From Mantamonas sphyraenae STR306 (lineage: Eukaryota > Protista > CRuMs), in the NCBI GenBank assembly GCA_026936335.1, contig JAPMXV010000024.1, positions 62,001 through 126,000 on the forward strand: a DNA stretch of 64,000 bases. Direction: 5' to 3'. Shown here in pieces: positions 33,503 to 44,550 of the stretch. The notes beneath the pieces were generated by a model. It was given only the letters and a program-made list of their open reading frames with translations, did no database searches and was not told the DNA's origin. The position numbers and the translations under genes were made by a program. Every line of letters starts with the position of its first letter. The first letter of the stretch is position 1.

Positions 33503-34581
33503 GAAGAGTGGCAAGAAGAGTGGCAAGACCACAAAGAAGCAGAAGACGACGAGCAAGACAGGGACAAAGAAGGGCGGTGTGAAGAGCAAGAAGATGGGAA
33601 AGGAAGTGGAGGAGGAAGTGGAGGAGGAAGCGGCTGTGGTTGGAGCAGGAGACCTTTCAGAGAGCGTGCAGGAACGGCTGGGAAAGCTGGAAGCTGTGGA
33701 TGTGGAGCGTGTGCTTGGACACATGCCACGACGCAAAGTGCCTGGACATGTGCTGGACAAGATTGCCATGGCTCGGATGGACAAGTTGGAGGCTGGAGAA
33801 CTGCTGACGTATGAAGCGAAGCAGCAGGAGCAGGAACAGGAGGAGGAGGAGCAGCATGAATGTCATGGCCATGGACGTCGTGGTGGTGGTCATCGCGGTG
33901 GTCATCGTGGTGGTCATCGAGGTTGCCATCTGCATCGCCATCACGGACATCATCACGGACATCATCACGGTGGACGACATGGGGAACGAGGACAGAGTCG
34001 ACACAAGGCTCGGTTTGTGAGCCATGTGAGCTATGGGACGGATGCCGGGGGTGCAGTGTGGACGCAAGTTTACAAAGACGTGGCGTCTGCGGAACGAGAG
34101 CGAAGAAGCATGGCCTGCGGGAGCGCAGGTGGTGTTTGTGAGCAAGAAGAACGGAGACGCAATGGGAGCAAGCGAGGCTGTGCCTGTGGATGTGGTGGCT
34201 GAGGCAGGAGAAGAGGTGGACGTGAGTGTGGAGATGGAAGCACCTGAGGCAGCTGGAAGCTACAGCGGGTTCTGGAGGATGGCAGATGGGGAAGGGAAGA
34301 AGTTTGGACAACGATTCCGATGCCAGATTGTGGCAGTGGAGGAAGAGGTGGAGGAAGAGGTGGAGGATGAGGATGAGGAAGAGGAGGATGAGAGCAGCGG
34401 AAGCAGCAGCTCTTCTTCGTCTGAGAGCGAGTCTGAGTCTGAGATGGACTCTGAGAAGGAGTGGGAGAGCGAGCTGGCGACACTTGCGCTGGTGGGTCTG
34501 ACGGATCGAAAGGCATGTGTGGACGCACTGGAAGCATGTGAGGGAGATCTGCAGGCAGTGATCCAGTCGCTGCGTGGATAG
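33033..34581 (+). pseudogene. NBR1: NBR1-like copy b with a +1 frameshift at ~34046-34051 (G run; possibly a sequencing error)
   Basis: Matches copy a apart from a longer AGC tract and GATGCCGGGGGTGCAG instead of GATGCTCGGGTGCAG, which splits it into ORFs 32967..34202 and 34033..34581. Confidence 0.75.
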
Positions 34582-34791
34582 GCTGAAGAGAGAGTGTACA
34601 GGGATTGAGAATGAATCGCAAAGGACGAACCCGGGGAGGTTGAGACTCCCTCCCACACACAACCAACAACAACAAACAACAACAACAACACAACAAGGTT
34701 GATTGCATTTGAGAGCGTCTTGAACAGAGTGGAGAGTGGGAAGTGGAGGAGGAGGAGAGGAAGTAGAGCTGAGTGTGTTGGCCAGGTCGTT

Positions 34792-37700
34792 TCATTGCAG
34801 ATCCGAGACGGTGTCCACAAAGAAGGCTGGGATGAGTGCGACAAAGGCAAGGACCAGAGTGAACAGGGAAAAGTCAAACACAAAGGCCACCGTGAAAATC
34901 ATGTTGAAGAGGTTGGAGAAGAACTTGACGGCACGTGCACCGCGGCCTGTCTTGAGTTCAAGCATAGCATGGCCCTGGGCGTCTTGTGCCAGGTCCAGGA
35001 CGGGTGGGTTGTTGAGCACCTCGACAAACTTGCCTGCGATAAGTGTGGGACCGGGGGCAATCATAAAGATGAGCGCACTGCTACGCCCAACATTGGCAAT
35101 GACGGCCTCCTGTTGGGAATCGACATCCCACTTGTCGTCGTCGTACTTGCGGGATCGAGGCAGGATGCTAAACGCCTTGACCATGTACGAGTTCCACAGG
35201 CCCACAGCAAGCATGAGCAGGCGGAACACACCAAAGAGCACTTTGACCACGATGACGTGAGGGATGAGCTGGATGAGTGCACGACCCAGTCGCACGGCAG
35301 CAGATGGGTTCTTCTGCGCCTGCTCCTCGGTTTGTTCACAGGTGATGGTTCCCATGGCCTTGTGCACCAGCGGATCATAGCCCGTAAACATCTCCCAGTG
35401 GGCGTAGATAAAGAGGGACAGCACCACGAGGGTAAACACAAAGCCAAAGTTGCGTGCCTCCAAGTCGGTGGCCCCACAGTTGCGTCCGCCTCCGAGACCC
35501 AGGCTCAAGTCGCCAATGGTGACAATGATGACCTGGGAGACGTAAAACACGGCAGCAGTGGCCAGATTGGCCACCAGAGTTGCAAAGGCCTTGCCCTTGG
35601 CTGTGGTCTGGCGCTTCTTCAGGCTCTTGAAGTACATGGAGAGCAGGAGGAGGAACTCGCGCTTGAGCATGAGACGCAGGAACAGGGCACCCATGAGGAC
35701 CAGGATGGGGGCAATGAGAGTGGCAAATCCGTTGCAGTTCCACTCTGTGGACACCAGCGTAAAGTCGATGGAACGCAGAAAGGTGATGAACAGCCGCACG
35801 AGTTCGCCAAACCCACCCAGGGCCAGCTCGATGGAGGGGTACACCAGCTCAAAGTCATAATCAGGCAGAAACTTGCTCAAGGAGGTTGCCATCAGCGATA
35901 CGTTGAAGATGGTCTTGACGACACCCGCAAAGAGGGTGATCAGGTTGATGATCACGATGAAAATGACACTGCCGATGCTCAGGTGATGGCAGGATCCGTC
36001 GTCCTGCCCCGTGTGTGCATACGGTGAGGATGATGACGATGATGACGAGGTTGGCAGTTGGGTTTGGATCTGACTCATTTCGACGGAATCCCCGCCCGCG
36101 GAGGCCATCTCGGCAGCAGCAGCCTTGGCAGCCTCGTGTTGCTGCTTGGCCATGGCAGCCTCTTCGCGAGCCTGCTTCTCCAGGGCCAGGTTGTGCATGT
36201 TGACACCAGAGACCTGCATGTCACGCAGGATGTGGTATTCCACGAATCGGAAGCCCGAGTCGAAAAAGTGCTCGATGGCATGGTAGTGGCGCACGGGGTC
36301 CATCTTGCCACCAATCGCCGCTCCAATAAACACATAGGCCACAAAGACACATGCCACAATGATAAACACAGTGGGCACGGTGGATTCGTTGGGGTCGGCA
36401 ATCTCCACCCGGACCTGGAAGCGACGCTGTTGAGTCGACGTGGTGACCCGTCCGCTGTTGCCATACCTTCCCGTGATGCCCACGGATACGTAGAGGCGCA
36501 TGTTGTCTGAAGAGGCAGGCATGCTCTTGGGGTCGACCTTGAGGGTGGTGTTGCCCACCAGAGGGCCTCGCACGGTGGCCACGCAATCGGTGCAGTTGAA
36601 GCCCTCGACCCACACCCATGGCATCAACAGGGGTCTGTGGTCCGGTTGAATCCGGGGAGGACTTCCCCACTTGGCCATCAGGACCACGTCACCCGCGAAT
36701 GCACTTGGGCTCCGCGAGGAGCTCTCTGTGATGGCAGCCAGTTTGTCCTCTGCGTCGTAGGTCCAAAAGGCGGCCGCTGGGGCAGTGTGCACCCACAGAC
36801 GCGAGTTGGAACGGGATCCCTGGATCCAAAAGGTGACGAGCTCGCTCTCGTTTGTGTGGAGGCCAAGGAAGGAGAAGCTGTTGTACAGCTCGCGCATGTC
36901 TTGTGTGCGATTGGCGTAGTGGCAGTTGATGCCACTGGTGCCTGGGTTGCAGACACAGACGCCAAGGTCGGAACACGTGCCCTTGCACTTGTCCATGCAG
37001 TTTGGAGAGCGTGTGACCTTGACCTCGACGGGACAGGACATGTCCAAACCCGACGATGGGGTGCTGATCTTCAGAAGCTCGGTGACCTGATTGCGTCGGT
37101 ACAGGTACAGGCATTCTTCCACGTACCGCGGCCTGCGGAATGCGTTGTAGAGTTGGTTGAGGGTAACGGTGCGTGGCACACCGGGGACCACATCGTCGAA
37201 AGTGTAGCTGTCACGCCGTTTCATGTCGTTGCCACACATCATCTCGTACTGGACGTCGATGGAATCGCGGCATTCGTACTGGGAGAGACGATTGAGTTGC
37301 ACAGTCAGATAGTTGGTGGTGGCTGGCCCAGGGTGCTGAATGTACACCGTTCGATTGACGTGTCCGACGGCATAGGTACGAGACACGCCCGAGAAGGGTT
37401 GCTCCTGATTCCGATGTTCACACACGGTGCCCAAGTAGCCGGGGTTGCAAGTGCACACGTAGTTGTAGGATGTGTCGTTGTGGATGACCAGTCCACGTCC
37501 GAAGCATGCAGGTCTGAGGCTGACAGAGAGTGTGGCGTTGCACGGGGTGTCGGGCGAGGTGTTGACCAAGGAGAAATCGACAGTGAGATCCGAGGCCGCG
37601 TCCTCAGCCAACACGTAAGAGCGACAACCACACGAGAAGGGTCTGTCCAGAAGCCAGTAGGAATACTCGTTGAACCCGGTGTAGCTGTGGGGCCATCGGT

Positions 37701-38606
37701 TGGCGCAGTAGCCCGCCTGGGTGTCGTTGTACGAGGTGCCACAAAACCCAGTCACCCCCATGCGGCAGGATGGGTTTGAAAACGACGTCGAGTACGAATA
37801 GTAGAATGGTTGGCCACCGGGTAGGAAGCGTGGCTTGTAGGAAAAGTAGGTGGCATTGCCTGGGGCCAACTCGACCGTGGTGGAAAAGGACGAGGTCAAC
37901 GTGACGTTGGCTGTGACGTCCACAGGGGCAGGGGAGGCACATGTGGGGCCAGCCCAGCCTGGGAAACAGCGACAGTAGGCGTAGGTCTGGGCATCCACCT
38001 CACCGTGACCTGGGGTGCACACAGGCTGGGTGTCGGCGGTGATGGAGAACGCGCAGGACGCCGTGTTTTGTGTGGAGGCATACACGTTGGCTTGGATCAG
38101 GTAGGTGATGGTGGTGGCACATGTGTAGCCATTGCACCCTGACCTTGCCTTTGGGTAGAAGTTGTAGGTGAACGGGGAGGTGCCGACGCTGCGGGTGGCC
38201 TCGCTGCAGCGGCGGTCGCTGTTCATGTCTGCCACGGATCCTGGGTAGCATGAAGAGAACACAAGGACCGATGGCGTGTATTGACTGAGTGTGGGGAATG
38301 GCATGTGGGTCAGTGAAGTGAATGTAAGAGTGGGGAGGGGAGGCGGATCCCGGACCAGATGTCAAGCGGAGGATGGAGTTTGCGGCCCACCTACCATCCG
38401 GTGCGGTTGAAGATTGTGAGCGACAGCCGGACGTCTTGGTTCCTGTCGATGGTAATGGCCCATGTCTGGTTGGAACGGCCGTTGGAGTCCGTGTACGTTG
38501 GATAGGTGGCGTCGATGGTGACGGTTGACGGAAAAGGCGCCGGAATTTCAGTGATGGTCGCTTGGGCGGCGACATCGCATGCGAACAGCAGGGTCAAAGC
38601 AAGCAT
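34792..38606 (-). CDS. Signal-peptide, EGF-repeat multi-pass membrane protein, copy 2; intron 38285..38394
   Basis: Translation in the ORF track matches copy 1 (1170-aa exon-2 ORF plus upstream exon). Confidence 0.8.
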
Positions 38607-39064
38607 TGTGATCCCAAGGTTGGTGGCGGTGTGCCTCCCCAGGATCGGGGGTGTGATGTGGTTCCAGCGCGGCATGTGTGCTTGCTTGCAATTTCGGTGG
38701 TGCACGTGGTGGACAGATCGGTGGTGGTGGTGGCGATGGGGAGATGGGTGGGAATGTGTGTGTTGGTGGATGGCTGATGTGTGGTATTTTCGCGGAAGAG
38801 TGGTGGGGGGAAACTCGGAACGGTGTCGGGTGCAGAACTCGGAACTCGGAACACAGGGCAGTTGGGGTTCAAAAGGCGCACTCACGCGCACTCACCCAAC
38901 TTGTCATCACAAAAACACACACACTCGGATAACCCAAGAGGACGAGTAACGATACAACACAACGACTGCGAATACAGACAGCAGCGCAAGTGAAACAAGT
39001 GATAGCGAAAGCGAGCAAACGAAACGAAATCAAGCAAACCCAAAACAACCAAAAACGCAACTCG

Positions 39065-40600
39065 ATGACGATGAGCAAGAGTGGAAACAACACCAACGAG
39101 ACGACGATGACAAAGAACAGCACCACCAGCAACAACAGCGACGTGAAGACCATGGTGTCTGTAAAGGCAACTGTGGGAGCGGAGACACGGCGCTTCGGGG
39201 TGTGGAGCGAGAGGCTGTGCGAGGAAGGAGGACTGGATGGACTGGTGCAGCAGATTGCAGAAGTGTTTGGGAAGAAGGAGGAGAGGATGAGCCGAATGGT
39301 GATGTCGTACGCAGACGAAGACGGAGACTGGGTGCGTATGAGCAGCGAGAAGGAGCTGGGACACGCGGTGGAACTGTGTGTGATGCAGAGCAAGCAGAGC
39401 GGGCGTGAGCCTGGGGTTCTGCGGGTGAAGCTGATGACACGAGTTGCAGCACGACGAGCAGCCAAGGCAGCCGAGGAGTCGATGATGCCAAGCAGCAGCA
39501 GCAGCAGCAAGAAGAGTGGCAAGAAGAGTGGCAAGACCACAAAGAAGCAGAAGACGACGAGCAAGACAGGGACAAAGAAGGGCGGTGTGAAGAGCAAGAA
39601 GATGGGAAAGGAAGTGGAGGAGGAAGTGGAGGAGGAAGCGGCTGTGGTTGGAGCAGGAGACCTTTCAGAGAGCGTGCAGGAACGGCTGGGAAAGCTGGAA
39701 GCTGTGGATGTGGAGCGTGTGCTTGGACACATGCCACGACGCAAAGTGCCTGGACATGTGCTGGACAAGATTGCCATGGCTCGGATGGACAAGGTGGAGG
39801 CTGGAGAACTGCTGACGTATGAAGCGAAGCAGCAGGAGCAGGAGCAGGAACAGGAGGAGGAGCAGCATGAATGTCATGGCCATGGACGCCGTGGTGGTGG
39901 TCATCGCGGTGGTCATCGTGGTGGTCATCGTGGTGGTCATCGAGGTTGCCATCTGCATCGCCATCACGGACATCATCACGGACATCATCACGGTGGACGA
40001 CATGGGGAACGAGGACAGAGTCGACACAAGGCTCGGTTTGTGAGCCATGTGAGCTATGGGACGGATGCTCGGGTGCAGTGTGGACGCAAGTTTACAAAGA
40101 CGTGGCGTCTGCGGAACGAGAGCGAAGAAGCATGGCCTGCGGGAGCGCAGGTGGTGTTTGTGAGCAAGAAGAACGGAGACGCAATGGGAGCAAGCGAGGC
40201 TGTGCCTGTGGATGTGGTGGCTGAGGCAGGGGAAGAGGTGGACGTGAGTGTGGAGATGGAAGCACCTGAGGCAGCTGGAAGCTACAGCGGGTTCTGGAGG
40301 ATGGCAGATGGGGAAGGGAAGAAGTTTGGACAACGATTCCGATGCCAGATTGTGGCAGTGGAGGAAGAGGTGGAGGAAGAGGAGGATGAGGAAGAGGAAG
40401 AGGAGGATGAGAGCAGCGGAAGCAGCAGCTCTTCTTCGTCTGAGAGCGAATCTGAGTCTGAGATGGACTCTGAGAAGGAGTGGGAGAGCGAGCTGGCGAC
40501 ACTTGCGCTGGTGGGTCTGACGGATCGAAAGGCATGTGTGGACGCACTGGAAGCATGTGAGGGAGATCTGCAGGCAGTGATCCAGTCGCTGCGTGGATGA
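39065..40600 (+). CDS. NBR1: NBR1-like receptor, copy c (intact, slightly diverged)
   Basis: Same domains as copy a. Differences: KNSTTSNN vs KNSSSSSN, 6 vs 11 Ser, an extra HRGG unit, TGA vs TAG stop. Confidence 0.85.
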   Translation: MTMSKSGNNTNETTMTKNSTTSNNSDVKTMVSVKATVGAETRRFGVWSERLCEEGGLDGLVQQIAEVFGKKEERMSRMVMSYADEDGDWVRMSSEKELGHAVELCVMQSKQSGREPGVLRVKLMTRVAARRAAKAAEESMMPSSSSSSKKSGKKSGKTTKKQKTTSKTGTKKGGVKSKKMGKEVEEEVEEEAAVVGAGDLSESVQERLGKLEAVDVERVLGHMPRRKVPGHVLDKIAMARMDKVEAGELLTYEAKQQEQEQEQEEEQHECHGHGRRGGGHRGGHRGGHRGGHRGCHLHRHHGHHHGHHHGGRHGERGQSRHKARFVSHVSYGTDARVQCGRKFTKTWRLRNESEEAWPAGAQVVFVSKKNGDAMGASEAVPVDVVAEAGEEVDVSVEMEAPEAAGSYSGFWRMADGEGKKFGQRFRCQIVAVEEEVEEEEDEEEEEEDESSGSSSSSSSESESESEMDSEKEWESELATLALVGLTDRKACVDALEACEGDLQAVIQSLRG

Positions 40601-40810
40601 GGCTGAAGAGAGAGTGTACAGGGATTGAGAATGAATCGCAAAGGACGAACCCGGGGAGGTTGAGACTCCTCCCCACACAACCAACAACAACAAACAACAA
40701 CAACGACGACAACAAGGTTGATTGCATTTGAGAGCGTCTTGAACAGAGTGGAGAGTGGGAAGTGGAGGAGGAGGAGAGGAAGTAGAGCTGAGTGTGTTGG
40801 CCAGGTCGTT

Positions 40811-41003
40811 TCATTGCAGATCCGAGACGGTGTCCACAAAGAAGGCTGGGATGAGTGCGACAAAGGCAAGGACCAGAGTGAACAGAGAAAAGTCAAACAC
40901 AAAGGCCACCGTGAAAATCATGTTGAAGAGGTTGGAGAAAAACTTGACGGCACGTGCACCGCGGCCTGTCTTGAGTTCAAGCATAGCATGGCCCTGGGCG
41001 TCT
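40811..41003 (-). pseudogene. 3' fragment of the EGF multi-pass membrane protein gene (last ~63 codons)
   Basis: Encodes ...DAQGHAMLELKTGRG...FFVDTVSDLQ* and is cut off at 41003 by the LRR gene. Confidence 0.85.
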
Positions 41004-41006
41004 CTC

Positions 41007-43233
41007 TCACCCAGCCACTACGACCCACCCAATCACCCTCTCCATCACCTCATCCGGCAGTGTCACCCACCCTTCCCACCCTCTCTCCTCCACATACTCC
41101 TCCATCCCACCACACTCAAACATCACCTCTCTCTCTTCACCATTCATCACCAACGCCACCTCTATCGCCTCATCCACCTGCTCACCCCATCCAATCCAAT
41201 GCCACGCCTTCCTCCAGCCCTCCTTCCTCACCATCTTCACCGTTTCGATCCTCGGCGTCGCACCCCACGCCCGCAACACCTCCACAATTCTCTCATCCCC
41301 TCGCTTCACAGCCCTCTCCAGCGCCGTCTTCTTCCCCTGCTCCCCTGCACATGTGTTCACAGGCACACCCCACTCCCTCAACGCAGCCATCTGTTCCACA
41401 ATCCCACACTCCACAAACTCGGCATGTTTCTCCTTGTTTCTCTCCATCAGTGACTGCATCGCGTCCTCGTTAACACCCTGGAGCTTCCAGCACGACCGAT
41501 TCCCTACCATTGCCTTTGTCAGCGCTGCTTCACCTTCCGCACCGATGATGTTGCCATCTAGGTCCAGTTTCTGCAAGCTGCTGTTCCGACTCAGCGCCTG
41601 CCCCAGTGCTGTGGCTCCTTCTGCCCCGATACTGTTGCGGGTGAGATTCAGTATCTGCAAGCTGCTGTTCCGACTCAGCGCCTGCCCCAGTGCTGTGGCT
41701 CCTTCTGCCCCGATACTGTTGCTTGTGAGATTCAACATCTGCAAGCTGCTGTTCCGACTCAGTGCCTGCCCCAGTGCTGTGGCTCCTTCTGCACCGATCG
41801 CATTGTTTTCGAGGTTCAGTGTCTCCAAGCTGCTGCTCGCACTGAGTGCCTGTGCCAGTGCTGCTGTTCCTTCATCCCCGATGGTGTTGCTGTGGAGGTA
41901 CAGTGCCTGCAAGCTACTGTTCTCCCTCAGTACCTGCGCGAGTGCTGCTGCACCTTCTGCACCGATGCTGTTGTTCTCGAGGTCCAGTCTCTGCAAGCTC
42001 TTGTTCGCACTGAGTGCCTGCGCGAGTGCTGCTGCTCCTTCTGCCCCGATGGTGTTTCTGTCGAGGTACAGTGACTGCAAGCTGCTGTTCTCACTGAGTG
42101 CCTGCGCCAGTGCTGCTGCTCCTTCGTCCCCGATGCCGGTGCTACAAAGGTTCAGACTCTGCAAGCTGCTGTTCTCAGCCAGGGCCTGTGCTATTGCTGC
42201 TGCTCCTTCTGCCCCGATTCTGTTGCGGCTGAGGTCCAGTCTCTGCAAGCATCTGTTCCCACTCAGTGCACGCCCCAGTGTTTCTGCTCCTTCTGCACCG
42301 ATACTGATGCTCTGCAAGTACAGTGTCTGCAAGCTGCTGTTCCCACTCAGTGCCTGCCCAAGTGCCGCTGCTCCTTCTGCCCCGATGCTGTTGCTACTCA
42401 GGCTCAGTGTCTGCAAGCTGCTGTTCTCACTCAGTGCCTGCGCCACTGCTGCTGCCCCTGCTGCCTCGATTCTGTTGAGGCTGAGCAACAGTGTCTGCAA
42501 GCTGTTGTTCGCTTTCAGTGCCTGCGCGAATACTGCTGCTCCTTCATCCCCAAGGCTGTTGAGGCTGACGTGCAGTCCCTGCAAACCACTGTTCTCATGC
42601 AATGCCTGCGCAAGTGCTGCGGCTCCTTCAGCCCCGAAGAAATTGCCGCCGAGGTTCAGTGTCCGCAAGCTGCTGTTCTTACACAATGCCTGTGCCATTG
42701 CTACTGCTCCTTTTGCCCCGATGTTGTTGCTCTCGAGGTCCAGTTTGTGCAAGGTGCTGTTCTCACTCAGCGCCTGCGCCACAGCGGCTGCTCCTTCTGC
42801 CCTGATGCTGTTGTCCCAGAGAATCAGTGTCTGCAAGCTACTGTTCTCACTCAGTGCACGTGCCAGTGCTGCTGCTCCTTCTGTTCCAATGCTGTTCCTG
42901 CTGAGGTGCAGTGTCTGCAACGTGCGGTTCACAACCAGCGCCTTGGCCAGGGCGGCTACTCTTTTGTCACCAAGCCCGATAAAACGGACATCCAATTCCT
43001 GTGTGTGGCATGTTGATGTCAACATACGTCCCATCCTTCCTATGTATGTGTACTGTACGCCCCACAACCTCCCTCTATCCATCCCCACTTCCCCTTGTGC
43101 GATCACCAAACCCTCTCTCAATTTCTTTCCACACCGGCTTACTTACCCTTCCCTGATCCTTCACAGCATCGATAATCCGCTCATTGTCCTCGCTATGCAA
43201 CAATTTCACCCATTCATTTCTTCCCAAGCCCAT
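41007..43233 (-). CDS. LRR (18 x 28-aa, RI/NLRC3-like) + single ankyrin repeat + C-terminal F-box/PRANC-like protein; complement(join(41007..42998,43147..43233))
   Basis: Repeat unit SSLQTLxLxxNxIGAEGAAALAQALSEN. ANK: GVPVNTCAGEQGKKTALERAVKRGDERIVEVLRAWGA. C-terminal WVTLPDEVMERVIGWV. 29-codon first exon and a 148-nt GTAAGT..ACAG intron. Confidence 0.85.
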
Positions 43234-43900
43234 ATTTCCTGCGAGAAGTTTGAAGTCAGCAACTTGAATTCCGCACTCTTTCTCGAGCCTCCTACCCAGC
43301 CACACACCCATGCGCACAAGACAAGCAACTCCTCGACGTCTCCGCCCTTCCATACCTGATGTGTACAGTGTGTATGCGCTGGATGCACTCGCGCACGAAG
43401 GACGAATGACGCTCCACCCACTTTCATTCGATCCAAGACCCCACATTCAAAGCCAAGGGGAAAGATGAATGGGAAGTGGCACCAAAACCTCCAACGGATG
43501 GGTAGCCACCAGTCGACCACCATCACCACTGGCATGATATGTTCGCAGGAAGCCCAGAAAATCAACGTCCTGATCACCGAAACGAGCCCAAAGTGCCGGC
43601 GCAGTGTCGGACACAGTCCCCAGAAGAGTCAAGGCGACCAGCCCCGACGCAGGAACCACTGCGATTGGGAACAAGGCGGCGTTCAATGGTCGCTGGCAAG
43701 CCATGCGGTTCCACTTGGCGACGGTGCTGGATGATCATGGGATGACGCTTTCTTGCGCGCCATCATCGTTCAGAGGAGGGGGGGAGGGGGGAATCCCAAT
43801 GCAATGCTTGTGTTGTGTGTATATACCTGTGTGTGTGCTGTGATATTTCGTGTGCTCAGTTCGTAGTCCAGGCAACAGCGGTGCGGAGCACTGTCTGAAG

Positions 43901-44296
43901 CTACCCCTTGGCTTCGTCGAACGAAAGCTCAACAGGGAGGTGCTGGACCGAGACCGAGCTAGGCACCATCGCTGCAATGAACCGCTGTGCTTGTGGGCAG
44001 TCGACCAACTTCTCTGCAGCAGAGAGAGCGTCGGCCAGGGAATCCCACTCCAGGATGTCCAAGTAGGCGCCAGAGGTGTCCATGGACCGCGTAAAGCGCC
44101 GCCAACGGTAGCCAGGAAATGATTCAAGGATGGGTTGCACTTCCTGCGCTAGGCGAATCATTGTGGACGAGGAAACGTTTGCCAAGGCCGTAAAGGTTGC
44201 ATGTTCGAGAACTGGCCCGCCTTTGACGCTCTTGGAGGCGTGAGCGAGGATGATCATGGATGCCAGCACACACAGGACCACCAGGTGAGCTTTCAT
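43901..44296 (-). CDS. Secreted dimeric alpha/beta-barrel (antibiotic biosynthesis monooxygenase-like) protein
   Basis: Signal peptide MKAHLVVLCVLASMIILAHA, then VLEHATF..QPILESFPGYRWRRFTRS..YLDILEWDSLADALSAAE..PQAQRFIAAMVP, matching the ABM-fold pattern (PGF/Y..R..W.S..A). Intronless. Confidence 0.7.
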   Translation of the reverse strand: MKAHLVVLCVLASMIILAHASKSVKGGPVLEHATFTALANVSSSTMIRLAQEVQPILESFPGYRWRRFTRSMDTSGAYLDILEWDSLADALSAAEKLVDCPQAQRFIAAMVPSSVSVQHLPVELSFDEAKG

Positions 44297-44550
44297 TGGG
44301 GAAGTGAGGACACCAGGTAGCTCGAGATGGTGTGGCGACGCTTGCGTGCCACATCTTGCACACGCAGCTGGGATCGTTGTCATCGAATCCATTTGCGCAC
44401 GTGTGGATTGGATGGAGAGACGCAAGCGAGGGTGCTTGGCTGCACGTGTCTTCATGTGTGCCAGCAGCGTCTGGAACTCCAGCGGCCACGATCGTTGTTG
44501 GGCTGGTCTCAAAACGAAAAATCTGCGCGCCATCTCGCCCATACGAACAG

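Larger units (their letters stand above)
26499..41003. repeat. Tandem segmental repeat: units 26499-32524 (6026 bp), 32525-38562 (6038 bp), 38563-41003 (partial)
   Basis: Near-identical sequence and ORFs recur at offsets 6026 and 6038. Homology starts at TGGGCGGCGA (26499) and ends at GCCCTGGGCGTCT (41003). Confidence 0.97.

Noticed and set aside
34040-34055. NBR1 copy b frameshift as a programmed or phase-variable switch
   Set aside because: It sits in a short G run of a near-identical repeat copy, with another small indel near 34650. A polishing error is more likely; it needs a read check.
41353-43359. 668-aa plus-strand ORF (and the 648/416-aa minus-strand ORFs over 59928-61908)
   Set aside because: Antisense shadows of the 84-bp LRR repeats; a stop-free repeat unit yields long open frames.
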